Under the pieces are notes generated by a model. That model worked only from the letters and a program-made list of their open reading frames with translations, was not told where the DNA came from and did not search any database. From a virus (taxonomy: Duplodnaviria; Caudoviricetes), in the IMG/VR virus record IMGVR_UViG_3300025087_000016, positions 1 through 42,768 of that record: a DNA stretch of 42,768 bases; one strand, given 5' to 3'. A program made the translations under genes and the position numbers. Positions 26,741 through 37,210 of this stretch are shown here, one piece after another (the stretch's first letter is position 1; each line of letters opens with the position of its first letter).

Positions 26741-27070
26741 GTGATACGTTGGTACTTGTCTCCATATTCGGGCAAGGGTACATGGGATGATCCATTTCAT
26801 GCTGCGGCATGGGATGTTATAAATCCAGAAAATGACAAGTGCGTGGGGTTTATTCACAAGGTTGGCGAGTCCTTCATTGTCCGTATTGAGGCCCCATATG
26901 AGGTTCACAACAAGATTATATTGGAGCGCAAGGGTGAACCCATTACCAAGCTTTGTGAGGGCATCATGGAGGAAAAAGCGGAACTGACATCCATAGATGT
27001 AAGCCTTCCAATAGCCAACAAATTAAAGTCCTCACAACTCGATTGGATCACGAAGGAGCGATTTAGATAA
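26741..27070 (+). CDS. Hypothetical protein (GC-richer island)
   Basis: GGAGGG RBS, GTG start; WYLSPYSGKGTWDDPFH. Confidence 0.65.
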   Translation: MIRWYLSPYSGKGTWDDPFHAAAWDVINPENDKCVGFIHKVGESFIVRIEAPYEVHNKIILERKGEPITKLCEGIMEEKAELTSIDVSLPIANKLKSSQLDWITKERFR

Positions 27071-27690
27071 TGCCGACCGATGCTTTTAATGATCCCGCAG
27101 CGGAGCCCATAGGTGATCCTTGGACAACCTGCGACGATTTATACCCGTGCCGCAAGAGCGGCGGGTATGCTTTGCCGTCTGATGGTGGGGTTGGTAATGT
27201 AAACTTCGCTCATGGGGTTTTTTACAACACTGGGTCTCCTGCGGCCAATCAGTACAGTAAGGGGCATGTGGTCGATGTGACCAATCTTCCAATGCTGATT
27301 GTTCGGCAGCGGAACAGCGACGATAAGTTTTACCGAACGTATTGGCACGCTAGCAGAATCTACGTTCAGTATTACGATGGTGCAGGTAATTATACTTCGG
27401 TTACTGGTGGATCGTACATATCATACACGATGGCTGCAGGGAGCGAGTTCGAACTGCGTGTGAGCGGAACGACAATATCGGTATGGGACGATGGCTCTCA
27501 AATCGGATCTGACTACACTGACAGTAATGTGGATTCCGGGGCGTATGGTTGGGGGTCGGCATATTCGACAGACGAAACGACCGGGATGTTTTCGGATTGG
27601 GAAGGTGGGGATGTGGGAGGCGTAGGTGGGACATTGCCAATTCCACGTCCCTTATCGCGTCCATTTTCCGGTCCATTTGGAGGATTTTAA
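27070..27690 (+). CDS. Beta-sandwich (lectin/LamG-like) virion-associated protein
   Basis: ELRVSGTTISVWDDG.....YTDSNVDSGAYG...FSDWEGG; Pro-rich tail. Confidence 0.55.
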   Translation: MPTDAFNDPAAEPIGDPWTTCDDLYPCRKSGGYALPSDGGVGNVNFAHGVFYNTGSPAANQYSKGHVVDVTNLPMLIVRQRNSDDKFYRTYWHASRIYVQYYDGAGNYTSVTGGSYISYTMAAGSEFELRVSGTTISVWDDGSQIGSDYTDSNVDSGAYGWGSAYSTDETTGMFSDWEGGDVGGVGGTLPIPRPLSRPFSGPFGGF

Positions 27691-28695
27691 ATGGTGCCTT
27701 ATCTTGGCGATTTTTTGGAATATTCAAAAGTATATATTCCATTAAATACTTTCGATTCAAATGATCCAAGCGCATCTACAACTATTACTAATTTAGTAAA
27801 TACAGATGTGCATATTCATAAAGGTGAAAGTTTAGTTCAACGTAATGATGCTTCAGGAGTAACTGTTAGTATAGATTTTGATGGAATTACAGGTAATCAT
27901 TTTATTGTAATAGACACTTCCGATGATACAATTCCTAACTTTTTTGAAATACAAAATGATTATTTTGTTAGAATAGAAGGTGCTACAGTAGATGCTGCAA
28001 CAATTAATGCATGGATAGCACATTTTAGTATTCAAAATCGCTATATTGGCGATTCTCATGATAGAATAAATGTAAATGTAGAAGAAATAGGTGAAGAAAA
28101 TGTTGTTTTAGATCCTGAAACAGGATTACTTAACGTAAATTTGGTTGAATTAATAACAAAACTTGATACTTTATTAACTAGAATAGTTGGGACAATAAAT
28201 GCAGGTAGTCATGTTGCACAAAGCGCGGATCATGCTGCTGCAATAGCAGCTATTCCTACTAATCCAATGCTTGATACTGAAGATGGTTCAAGTTTCAGTG
28301 CCATTCCTGATATGGCAACAACTACGCAACTTAATACTATCGCTGGATATTTAGATACAGAGATTGCAGCTATTCTTGCTGATACTAATGAATTACAAAC
28401 AAACCAAGGAAATTGGCTTACTGCTACAGGTTTTATGCCTAATACTGAAGATGGAACTAATCTTACAAATATAATATTACCGGCTGGAGGTTTAGATTTA
28501 ATAACTTGTGATGTAGCTACAGTTGGGGCTGCTCCAGGTACTCTAATTAATAAAATTCAAGCAATTTGGAATAGATTATTTACAAAACGATCAGCTACAG
28601 CTTTGTTAGAAACAGCTTATGAGAAAAACGATTTAGATGTAATGGAAACATGGGATTTATCTGATGATGATACTACAGCAACTAGGTCGAGGTAA
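27691..28695 (+). CDS. Acidic structural (fibre/decoration-like) protein
   Basis: Ig-like N-terminal region, then repeated segments (PMLDTEDGS / FMPNTEDGT; DTEIAAILADTNELQT). Confidence 0.55.
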   Translation: MVPYLGDFLEYSKVYIPLNTFDSNDPSASTTITNLVNTDVHIHKGESLVQRNDASGVTVSIDFDGITGNHFIVIDTSDDTIPNFFEIQNDYFVRIEGATVDAATINAWIAHFSIQNRYIGDSHDRINVNVEEIGEENVVLDPETGLLNVNLVELITKLDTLLTRIVGTINAGSHVAQSADHAAAIAAIPTNPMLDTEDGSSFSAIPDMATTTQLNTIAGYLDTEIAAILADTNELQTNQGNWLTATGFMPNTEDGTNLTNIILPAGGLDLITCDVATVGAAPGTLINKIQAIWNRLFTKRSATALLETAYEKNDLDVMETWDLSDDDTTATRSR

Positions 28696-28698
28696 AAT

Positions 28699-28986
28699 AT
28701 GAGTAACGATGTTGCAAAATTATTTATGCAAGAAGGAAGAAATTATTTAAGCATAAAAAAATGGCTTATTGGTCATGGATATCATGAAGATGTAATCAAT
28801 AAAGTCATGGTTGATTTTGCACAAAGAATAGCTGATGGTGAAAAGTTTGGATATGATAAAAATGGTATATCTATATTATCTAATTTAATACGCATTGAAG
28901 TTGTAAAATTATCTATAAAACCAGATGTTCTTGATGAAGTTAAAATTAAACCGAAAGTTCCGTGGTATAAAAAGCTATGGCGATAA
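28699..28986 (+). CDS. Hypothetical protein
   Basis: GAGG RBS; C-terminal PWYKKLW. Confidence 0.55.
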   Translation: MSNDVAKLFMQEGRNYLSIKKWLIGHGYHEDVINKVMVDFAQRIADGEKFGYDKNGISILSNLIRIEVVKLSIKPDVLDEVKIKPKVPWYKKLWR

Positions 28987-29384
28987 GTTATTTTGCAATA
29001 ATAATGGATGGGTTTAAAAAACCTGCTAATCTTGATTTGACAAATAAGCCAGATAGGGGATTATTCATAACTGATGGTTTATTTTCTTCTGGTTTTAGTT
29101 TTATTCAAGATTTATTTAGATCAGGTATGAGATTAATTTGTCAAGCATTTTCAGAAAATTATCTTCTTGATGGAACTACTCTTATTTTGCGTTTACCTTG
29201 GTCTGAAGATTATGAAGCTCAAACTGAAAATAAAGAGAGATTTTTACGACAATCTTGGTCTGAAAATTATAGATATAATCTAACTAATTACAGACGTATT
29301 CCTTGGTCAGAAAACTATGAAACAGATACATTGAGATTTGCAAAACAACCATTTTCAAAAGATTATCTTATCGAGGATAAGTAA
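28977..29384 (+). CDS. Protein with five (W/F)S(E/K)(N/D)Y repeats
   Basis: AFSENY, PWSEDY, SWSENY, PWSENY, PFSKDY. Confidence 0.6.
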   Translation: MAISYFAIIMDGFKKPANLDLTNKPDRGLFITDGLFSSGFSFIQDLFRSGMRLICQAFSENYLLDGTTLILRLPWSEDYEAQTENKERFLRQSWSENYRYNLTNYRRIPWSENYETDTLRFAKQPFSKDYLIEDK

Positions 29385-29389
29385 TTAAT

Positions 29390-29845
29390 ATGGGACTATT
29401 TTCAAATATAATAGGTAGTGCAACTTTAGGTGGTGTAAAAGGTGTTTTTGAAGGAGTTGGAAGTCTTGCAAAAGACATAAGATCAGCTATAACTGGTGAA
29501 ATTTCACCGGATAAACAAGCTGAAATTCTTGAAAAAGTAAACGAATTAGAAGCACAAGCTAAAATGGGGCAGATTGAAATTAATAAAGCTGAAGCTTCTC
29601 ATAGGAGCATATTTGTAGCAGGATGGCGACCATATATAGGTTGGATTGCAGGGACAGCTATTGGACTTTATTTTATTCCACAATATTTAATGGCAACTAT
29701 TTTGTGGGTTAAAGTTTCATGGGCAGCACAAGAAATATGTAAATTTCCAATAGGTGAACCAAAAGGATTAATGGAACTCGTTGGATTACTTCTTGGTTTG
29801 GGTACCTTAAGAATGGTTGAAAAACTGAAAGACAAGGCTGTATAA
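29390..29845 (+). CDS. Holin (3TM, GTA-type family)
   Basis: Q.EINKAEA.H.SIFVAGWRPYIGW...LLGLGTLR..EK. Confidence 0.85.
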   Translation: MGLFSNIIGSATLGGVKGVFEGVGSLAKDIRSAITGEISPDKQAEILEKVNELEAQAKMGQIEINKAEASHRSIFVAGWRPYIGWIAGTAIGLYFIPQYLMATILWVKVSWAAQEICKFPIGEPKGLMELVGLLLGLGTLRMVEKLKDKAV

Positions 29846-29846
29846 T

Positions 29847-30128
29847 ATGAACTGCCTAACTGAATGTAAATATAATCAATCTTGTTGTTCTAGATATGGT
29901 GTAACTTTATCTAAAGAAGAAATTCCTAGATTTACAGGAAAAATAAAAATAGTACCATTAACTGAAAATCACATGATACTTGGATATGTGCCTATTTTGG
30001 TAAAAAAAGATAACAAAACTACAGGTAGTCCGTGTGTTTTCTTTAACGAAGATACAAAACTTTGTGAAATATATGAAAATCGACCACAAGCATGTAAAAA
30101 TTTTGATTGTTTAACTAGATTAGGATAA
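29847..30128 (+). CDS. YkgJ-family CxxCxxCC cysteine-cluster protein
   Basis: C...C...SCC...PCVFF.....CEIYENRPQACKNF. Confidence 0.8.
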   Translation: MNCLTECKYNQSCCSRYGVTLSKEEIPRFTGKIKIVPLTENHMILGYVPILVKKDNKTTGSPCVFFNEDTKLCEIYENRPQACKNFDCLTRLG

Positions 30129-30131
30129 ACT

Positions 30132-31976
30132 ATGCCTATTCAAGACGATAAAAATGCAGAAATTTTGGAAGTTCCTCAAAGTAGTGAAGTTTACGAGAGA
30201 CTTCCAGAACCTAAACAAAATAATATCATAGCTAGTGATGAAATAAAAATATGGAAAGCTAGAATAGCAGTAGCTAGAAAAATACGTAATACTAAACATA
30301 AAAATCTAAATAAACTTATAGATTTTTATGAAGGTATTCAATGGCATCTTGATGATAATATACTTCCGAAAGATAAAACTACTGTAAACTTGATATTCTC
30401 TAATATTAAGAAAGAATTGCCATATTTGTATTTTCAAAACCCAACTCCTATCGTAAATCCTAGAAGTGGTGAATATGAACTTAATGCTTTTGCAGTACAA
30501 GAGCTAATAAAATACTATACTAAGTATAATCTTGGAACTACACTTAAAAAACATGTTAGGTTAGCTATTTTAGATGCTAAGTTTAGTTTTGGTACATTAA
30601 AAGTATCATATACTCCAAGGTTTTCAGCTAATCCTAATAAAGATCAACCTATATTAGCCGGATATGATTCTTTTAATGAACCAATTTTTGTTATAAATGA
30701 AGATGGTTCAGTAGCAACTGAGCCAAATGAAATTCTAGTCTCAGAACTATATGGCATAGAGCGAATTTCTCCAAGAGAAATGCTTATAGATTCTGAATGT
30801 AGAAACTTCATAGAGAGAGCTAGATGGGTTGGACAAGAAATAATTAAGCCTTTAAGTTATTTGCAAAAGAGTAAACTATATACAAATACTAAATATCTTA
30901 GAAGAAATGTAGAACTATCTGATTTTTTCAAAGATAGTTTAAATAAAAAGCAAGATGAAATATCTGCTGTTCGTGAGCTTGAAGGTACAGACAATGAACT
31001 GGTTAAATTTGTAGAAATATATGACATAGAAAACGAAAAACTTCTTGTTCTTCCTGATAATGAAAATTTTTTTATCAGAGAAGAAAGTTTTTTTATGTCA
31101 CCATTTAGTTTTTTAAAATTCAATGAAAGTCCAGATAATTGGTATGGGCCTTCTGATATAGCACAAGAAAAACCTATTCAAGAAGAAGTAAATGTTGGCC
31201 GTTCTATGATGATAACACATGCACGTAGAGCAGCTAGAAAATATTATTATTCAGAAGACACTTTTCGTGGAATTGAAGATGAAGAAGGAATTGAAGCCTT
31301 AAAAGATCCAGAAGATATGACATTAGTTAAAGTTTCAGATTACGATAAACCACCTAAAGCAATAGATGTTGCACAACAAGACCCTGCTATTTTTCAAAAC
31401 TTAATGCAAAGCAGGTTGGATTTTAATATAGTTTCAGGTTCTACCGAAGCTGAACGTGGAATGTCTGAAAGAAGAAAAACCGGAAAAGAAGCAAGTTTCC
31501 AAGAAGGACATAGCACTGTAAGAAGAACAGATAAGCAAAGTTTAGTTGCTGATTTTATAGTAGATACATATAGAAATCTTGCAAAACTTATGCAAGCTAC
31601 TTTAACTAAAGCACAAGCCATAAAAGTGATTGGTAAAACTGGTATTTTCTGGACTGAAGTTAAAAGAGAAGACATACAAGGAGAATTTTTCTTTGATATA
31701 GAAGTCTCTGAGCTTAGGCCACAAATACCAGAACAAGATAGGCAGGAACTTTCTGAGTTTATTTTTGCATTGTCTAATTTTTTAACTGTTGTTCTTAGCA
31801 ATCCAGTAGGTCCAATGATTTTTAATATTCAAGGTTTGGTATCTGAGTTTTGTAAATCTTATCCTAGCATTAAGTCAGAAAAGATTCTCAATATGAATGT
31901 TACTCCAGAACAAATAGCTAATATGCTTATTCAACAAATGCAAGGTGGTAAAAAAGATGCCGATCTACCAGTATGA
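30132..31976 (+). CDS. Portal protein
   Basis: DFYEG.QW...VNLIFSNI......LYFQNP...V.P; KT..EA; 614 aa, upstream of scaffold and capsid. Confidence 0.85.
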   Translation: MPIQDDKNAEILEVPQSSEVYERLPEPKQNNIIASDEIKIWKARIAVARKIRNTKHKNLNKLIDFYEGIQWHLDDNILPKDKTTVNLIFSNIKKELPYLYFQNPTPIVNPRSGEYELNAFAVQELIKYYTKYNLGTTLKKHVRLAILDAKFSFGTLKVSYTPRFSANPNKDQPILAGYDSFNEPIFVINEDGSVATEPNEILVSELYGIERISPREMLIDSECRNFIERARWVGQEIIKPLSYLQKSKLYTNTKYLRRNVELSDFFKDSLNKKQDEISAVRELEGTDNELVKFVEIYDIENEKLLVLPDNENFFIREESFFMSPFSFLKFNESPDNWYGPSDIAQEKPIQEEVNVGRSMMITHARRAARKYYYSEDTFRGIEDEEGIEALKDPEDMTLVKVSDYDKPPKAIDVAQQDPAIFQNLMQSRLDFNIVSGSTEAERGMSERRKTGKEASFQEGHSTVRRTDKQSLVADFIVDTYRNLAKLMQATLTKAQAIKVIGKTGIFWTEVKREDIQGEFFFDIEVSELRPQIPEQDRQELSEFIFALSNFLTVVLSNPVGPMIFNIQGLVSEFCKSYPSIKSEKILNMNVTPEQIANMLIQQMQGGKKDADLPV

Positions 31977-32373
31977 ATGCACTAGTTGTGGATACCAGTT
32001 TGAAAAGATTTTTTCTATAAATGAAAAATCTGGTAAAACTGATTGTATTAAATGTGCAAATACATCTTTTAAAATTCCTGCTGTATTTGTACCTAGGATT
32101 TTTAAGAAGCGTGTATTTTCTGATGGTACAAGTACACCAGAATTTGTAGCTACTCCAAAACAAGAAGAAAATTGGATGAAATCTCAAAAAATAACTTATG
32201 ATCCACCTAGTAAAGATCAAAAAAATAAAGTTAAAAAAGAAAGGCAAGTTAAATCTAAAACCATTATGGAGGAAGCTTTCAAAAAAGCTGTAGATAAGTG
32301 TGAACAAGGATTTAAGTTTGATAAACCTTTAGAGCAAAGAAATATAAAAAGTTCTTTGCGTTTTAAAGTATAG
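31957..32373 (+). CDS. FmdB-family zinc-ribbon protein (start ATG 31957)
   Basis: [14 protein letters not shown]......C..C. Confidence 0.75.
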   Translation: MPIYQYECTSCGYQFEKIFSINEKSGKTDCIKCANTSFKIPAVFVPRIFKKRVFSDGTSTPEFVATPKQEENWMKSQKITYDPPSKDQKNKVKKERQVKSKTIMEEAFKKAVDKCEQGFKFDKPLEQRNIKSSLRFKV

Positions 32374-32385
32374 GAGGAAAGTATT

Positions 32386-33057
32386 ATGCCTACATTGAAA
32401 GAGATTTTGGATGAGATTGATGTGAAGACGGATGATCTTGAAGAAAAAAACGACATTGACATTAGTTCTGTGAAACTGGATGATATTCCAGAAAAAGAAA
32501 GACCCATTTTTAAGAAGCTTTTGGATACTGTAAATGAAAAAACTAATGAACTTGCAAAAAATGATATTATCATCAAAACACTTAGGTCTACTTATACAGA
32601 AAAGAAAGAAGAAAAGAAAGAAGATAAGAAAGATGATAATGATGACGAAACAGATCCAATCAAGAAAGAACTTAAAACCCTTAGACAAGAATTGCTTGAA
32701 ATTAAGCAAGGAAAGGAGGTAAATAGGGAAGAACAGGCAAAGGAGGATATTGTAAATTATCTTAAAGAACATAAGGATGCTATTAGATATGTTCAAGATG
32801 CTGATAAACTATTAGCTAAACATCCTACATTGAAATATGATGCAGAAAATCTTTTTGATTTGGCAAAAAAATCTTATGATACAAGAACAGGTAAACAAAA
32901 AAACAAGCAAGATGAAATTAATAGGGAGAAAACTGCCAGAAACAAACAAACCGAAAGTTTTGGTACATCTAGTACCAGAGTTAGTGATGTTTCAAACGCG
33001 AAAAGTATTTCAGAAGCTTTTGAACTTGCAGAAAAGAAACTTTCAACAGGGAGGTAA
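32386..33057 (+). CDS. Capsid scaffolding protein
   Basis: Charged coiled coil; C-terminal SISEAFELAEKKL helix; directly before the capsid gene. Confidence 0.75.
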   Translation: MPTLKEILDEIDVKTDDLEEKNDIDISSVKLDDIPEKERPIFKKLLDTVNEKTNELAKNDIIIKTLRSTYTEKKEEKKEDKKDDNDDETDPIKKELKTLRQELLEIKQGKEVNREEQAKEDIVNYLKEHKDAIRYVQDADKLLAKHPTLKYDAENLFDLAKKSYDTRTGKQKNKQDEINREKTARNKQTESFGTSSTRVSDVSNAKSISEAFELAEKKLSTGR

Positions 33058-33063
33058 ATTTAA

Positions 33064-34128
33064 ATGGGAGCCGTAAGTTTGACTCTAGGGTATGGTGAAC
33101 TTCTTACCACAACGATGTTTAATTACAGAAATCAGTTTTATGACAATGTTTTTAATGCGATTCCTGTATTTGTGATGTTGCGGAATAAGAAGCGAACCGA
33201 ACAGGGCGGAGAAAGAATTGCAATTCCTCTTGCATATTCTAGGAATACTACTTTTAAGTCTATGCAAGGCAGTTATGATACTGTTGATACTACTCCGCAA
33301 GATAATTTGACTACTGTTTTTTCGAATTGGAAAGAATTTGCTGGAAGTATTTCTATTGCAAGGGGTGAAGAGAATAAGAATAGGGGCAAATTTCAGATTA
33401 TCAATATGCTTTCTGCAAAAACTCAAATTGCAGAAATGTCTGCTGCTGAAGAACTCTCTATTCAGGCTATTGGAACCCTTGCAACTACAGATCCAACTTA
33501 TGATCTTTCTCCTATTCATTATTTGGTTCAGAAAGATCCCACTGCTAGTAAATCTGTTCAAGAACTGAATCAAAGCACTTATGCAATTTGGCAAAATCAA
33601 TACCGTGATGGAACCGCACAATCGGATACTACTTTTGCAGCTTTTCTGAAAGGTATGGAGCATCTTTATAATTCTTGTTCAAAAGGAGGTGGTGCAGGTA
33701 AGAGAAGTACACCAAATTGGATTCCTTGCGATCAGATTTATTATGAAACATACATTGCTGCTTGTCGTGACAAAACACGTATTGTAAAGTATGATGAAAC
33801 TATTGCTAATCTTGGTTTTGGTGGTGCAAAGTTTCGCAATGCTGTTTTGACATGGGATGAGCATATGCCTGACATTAATTCTGGTACTTCTGTAACTGCT
33901 GCAACTATTGATTCGTATACTCATACTTATTGTAATGCTCTTTTTCTCAATACTGAATTTCTTGAGTATGTTGTTATGGCTGGTTCTGATCTTGATGTTG
34001 GGCCTTTTATTAAACCTGAAAATCAATTGGCTAGAACTGCGATTATTTACAACATGGCGAATTTTACTGTATCTAATCGTAGAAAACAAGGGGTGCATTA
34101 CAAGGTAAACGCTAGTATTTCAACTTAA
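33064..34128 (+). CDS. Major capsid protein
   Basis: TTT..NYR....DNVF...P....L...K....GGERI..PL.Y; GF...KF..A....D; F.KPENQ.A..A.I. Confidence 0.85.
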   Translation: MGAVSLTLGYGELLTTTMFNYRNQFYDNVFNAIPVFVMLRNKKRTEQGGERIAIPLAYSRNTTFKSMQGSYDTVDTTPQDNLTTVFSNWKEFAGSISIARGEENKNRGKFQIINMLSAKTQIAEMSAAEELSIQAIGTLATTDPTYDLSPIHYLVQKDPTASKSVQELNQSTYAIWQNQYRDGTAQSDTTFAAFLKGMEHLYNSCSKGGGAGKRSTPNWIPCDQIYYETYIAACRDKTRIVKYDETIANLGFGGAKFRNAVLTWDEHMPDINSGTSVTAATIDSYTHTYCNALFLNTEFLEYVVMAGSDLDVGPFIKPENQLARTAIIYNMANFTVSNRRKQGVHYKVNASIST

Positions 34129-34189
34129 ACTTTTTTTATTAACTTATTTTGGAGCATTAATTTGCGTTATTAAAGGGAGGAAAAATTTC

Positions 34190-34645
34190 ATGATTATTCA
34201 AAGAATCAATCGAGCTAATCCTGAGAAAGTTTTTGTAGTTGTTCGTAATGACACCGCTTCTGCATTTGTGAAAGGATATCCTTGTGTTTATAAGTTTGAT
34301 GGAACAAGAGATGGTCTTGATGTAGAAGATGCAAAAACTGGTGCTGCTGCAAAGAATCATTTGATTGCAGGTATCGCCGATACAGCCATTGGTGCTGCTG
34401 CTTATGGTTTGGCACAATGTTATGGTGTTAGAACTGATGCTTGTATTCTGAAGTGTGGTACCGCAACCAATAAGAATGCAGCTATTGGTGATGCACTTAT
34501 TTTGCATACGGCAGCGAGTATTCTTTCAGGTGTTGCCGCTGGTGCTGTTTCTGCATGGTTTGCAGGGATGGTTATGGGCCAAACTATGGCTTCTTCTTCT
34601 GCAACTGCAACAACTACGGCGACTATTTTCTTGCGCTTGATGTAA
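34190..34645 (+). CDS. Capsid decoration/cement protein
   Basis: Ala/Gly-rich, AGIA..AI.A..YG..QCYG; follows the capsid gene; GGGAGG RBS. Confidence 0.65.
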   Translation: MIIQRINRANPEKVFVVVRNDTASAFVKGYPCVYKFDGTRDGLDVEDAKTGAAAKNHLIAGIADTAIGAAAYGLAQCYGVRTDACILKCGTATNKNAAIGDALILHTAASILSGVAAGAVSAWFAGMVMGQTMASSSATATTTATIFLRLM

Positions 34646-34661
34646 TTTAGGAGTTTAACAT

Positions 34662-34871
34662 ATGGAGATTGCATACAGGTGTTATAGATGCGGAAGAATA
34701 GTTTTTAAGTATCAAATTCTTTATGGGAGTCATGTTTGTAGAAAATGTGGCTCCCATAAAGTAGAACCTTTAATTCAAGATTTGACGAAATTTGGATTAT
34801 GGTATTGTAAAAAAAGAAACAAAATAGGAACTTGGTGGTATGAAAGAATTATCAATAAAGTTAATAAGTAA
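34662..34871 (+). CDS. Zinc-ribbon protein
   Basis: YRCYRCG...CRKCGS. Confidence 0.6.
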   Translation: MEIAYRCYRCGRIVFKYQILYGSHVCRKCGSHKVEPLIQDLTKFGLWYCKKRNKIGTWWYERIINKVNK

Positions 34872-35484
34872 AGAACTAGCTAACTATAATAAAATTATAG
34901 TTACTGGTCCACCAAGAGCAGGAACAACTTTTTCTGGTCTTGTAATAGCACATGAATTGAAATATAAATTTATAGACGAATCATGGTATGATGCAAACAA
35001 TCCTGATAAATTTATGATGCTTCTTGGTTTTCCCAGGAAAATGATAGTACATACAACTGCATTTCTTAGGGATTTACATACTATTTCAAATATATTAGAT
35101 CAAGCTAATATATCAGTTGTATTAGTTAAAAGATCAATTAAAGATATACTTGACAGTATTGAAAATACTAAGAATTTCAAAAAAGGAGTAGAAACTATTA
35201 ATGGTGTTATGGTTTCTATAGGAAAAGAAGAACAAGATTTACTTTTTAAGGCTTATGGTGGAAGAGTAGAAAATATATCTCTTCCAGAAGTTATATATAA
35301 TTATTTCTATTCTACAATGTATAAATTAAATCAAGATAAATTATATTCTGTGAATTATGATGATTTTAAGAATCACGAGTTGTTTATATCAAAAAAAGAA
35401 AGGAGGAAGAAATTTAAACATATTAAACAAGTTAATTTTGATCCTCATTATCTTGTAAACCAGAAAGGGGTTATGGTATTATGA
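34840..35484 (+). CDS. PAPS-dependent sulfotransferase-like protein
   Basis: 5'-PSB loop IIVTGPPRAGTT, 3'-PB motif VKRSIKDILDS, VNYDDF. Confidence 0.7.
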   Translation: MKELSIKLISKELANYNKIIVTGPPRAGTTFSGLVIAHELKYKFIDESWYDANNPDKFMMLLGFPRKMIVHTTAFLRDLHTISNILDQANISVVLVKRSIKDILDSIENTKNFKKGVETINGVMVSIGKEEQDLLFKAYGGRVENISLPEVIYNYFYSTMYKLNQDKLYSVNYDDFKNHELFISKKERRKKFKHIKQVNFDPHYLVNQKGVMVL

Positions 35485-36299
35485 CAGAGCAGCTAGTTGG
35501 TATTTTTGGCGATGGAAAAAGAATTGCAATAATAGCTATTTGCAATTTGGATACTATTCAAAACAAACCATATGCAACTCATTTGCAGTTTGCATATAAA
35601 TTAGCAAAAGACAATCCTGAATTTCAATTTATTCTTTTTACGCCATACAGAATGTCTATTGCTAATTTTAGGAATTATGCTGCAAGAGCAACTTTGGAAT
35701 CTGGTGCTGATTATTTGATGTTTATTGATGATGATGCTGTTCTTGTTCATCATCCTAGTATTTTTAAAGAACTAAAAGATAAAATAGAAGGCGATGAAAA
35801 CAAACATGTAATCATGCCTGTAGTATATGTTCGTGGTTATCCTTTCAATCCAATGTTTTTTAAATGGGTAAATGATCCAGATCTTATTACAGAAGGAAAA
35901 GGTCTGGATTTTTATACAGACTGGAAAGAACAACCCGTAGATAGTAAAAAACTTCTCGAAGTAGCTGCTATAGGTTGTCATACTTGTCTTATTAAATCAG
36001 AAGTATTTAAAGCTATAGAGGAACCATATTTTCTAACTGGAATGAACAATACAGAAGATGTTTATTTCTGTATGAAGATTCGTGATTATATAGAAAATAT
36101 TGGAATCTATGTAGCTACAGATATAACAATAGGACACCTATTAGATCCGCTTTATGTAGATAATACAAATGTTGATATTCTTAGGAAGTTTTATAGGGAA
36201 CTAGGAATGGACACTACTCTAAACATTGCTGATTTTCTAAATCAACAGGAAAGTATTAAATCCGAACTCGAAGAAATGGGGGAGGATTTTATTAAATGA
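35481..36299 (+). CDS. GT-A fold (GT2-like) glycosyltransferase
   Basis: IANFRN...ADYLMFIDDD; AIG...CLIKSEVF...PYF; EDVYFC...IGH. Confidence 0.8.
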   Translation: MTEQLVGIFGDGKRIAIIAICNLDTIQNKPYATHLQFAYKLAKDNPEFQFILFTPYRMSIANFRNYAARATLESGADYLMFIDDDAVLVHHPSIFKELKDKIEGDENKHVIMPVVYVRGYPFNPMFFKWVNDPDLITEGKGLDFYTDWKEQPVDSKKLLEVAAIGCHTCLIKSEVFKAIEEPYFLTGMNNTEDVYFCMKIRDYIENIGIYVATDITIGHLLDPLYVDNTNVDILRKFYRELGMDTTLNIADFLNQQESIKSELEEMGEDFIK

Positions 36300-36841
36300 A
36301 CATAGAAGAAATCATAGAAAAGAAGGGATTGGATAAGAATACTTTACGTTTAAATATTGGTGGTGGAAACATAAGGTATTCTAATTGTATAAACCTTGAA
36401 CTTCAACCACATGATGAAGTAGACGCTGATATTTATGGAGATATTACACATAATTTGCCAGATATTCCAGATAATACCTTTCATGAAATACTTATGATTC
36501 ATGTTATAGAACATATAGAACGTAAATTTCACATGAGAGTTCTTGATGAAGTCTGGAGAATATTGAAACCCAACGGAAGATTTGTTTTAGCTTTTCCAGA
36601 TATTATTGAAGTAATGAAAAGATTTATAGAGAATAAATATGGTGGTAGATGGAGGCTTTATCATAATTGTATTTTTGGTAGACAAGGTAGACCAGGAGAT
36701 TATCATGTAACTGGTATCGAAAGGCAAGATATAACAGATAAACTTTTTTCAACTGGATTTGTAAATGTAAAGTATCTTCAACATACTATTAATTCAACTT
36801 TAACATGTTATAAAGGTCCAAAACTTACAACTCATATTTAA
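36296..36841 (+). CDS. SAM-dependent methyltransferase (type 11-like)
   Basis: LNIGGG; HVIEH; EVWRILKPNG...LAFPD. Confidence 0.85.
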   Translation: MNIEEIIEKKGLDKNTLRLNIGGGNIRYSNCINLELQPHDEVDADIYGDITHNLPDIPDNTFHEILMIHVIEHIERKFHMRVLDEVWRILKPNGRFVLAFPDIIEVMKRFIENKYGGRWRLYHNCIFGRQGRPGDYHVTGIERQDITDKLFSTGFVNVKYLQHTINSTLTCYKGPKLTTHI

Positions 36842-36856
36842 GAAAGGAGTTTAGTC

Positions 36857-37207
36857 ATGCTTTTTGAAAGAACAGCTTTTTTTATGAAAGAGAGAAATGA
36901 TAAGGGTGATGTAAAGATGCGTCAAATACCGTGGGAACTAATAGCTTTTGGACAAGAAGGATTTTTTTGTTCTCCTACTCCAGTTAATCTTGGAGTATTT
37001 TCTGAAGTAGGAACAAGTACGACTTATCTTGATATTAATGAGCTTTTTCGTGAAGAAGCTGAAGGGAATGATTTTATTGATGATATAGGAATGATAGAAT
37101 ATGTAGAATCAGAACAACTTTTCTATTCAAAGTTTGGTAATACTTTTGGTTTCTACAAAACAGATCCTAGTCTTGAATTTGGTTATCCTATCGCTTCTGG
37201 AGTATAA
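36857..37207 (+). CDS. Acidic hypothetical protein, paralog A
   Basis: AAGGAG RBS; RQIPW motif shared with the next gene. Confidence 0.6.
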   Translation: MLFERTAFFMKERNDKGDVKMRQIPWELIAFGQEGFFCSPTPVNLGVFSEVGTSTTYLDINELFREEAEGNDFIDDIGMIEYVESEQLFYSKFGNTFGFYKTDPSLEFGYPIASGV

Positions 37208-37210
37208 TTT

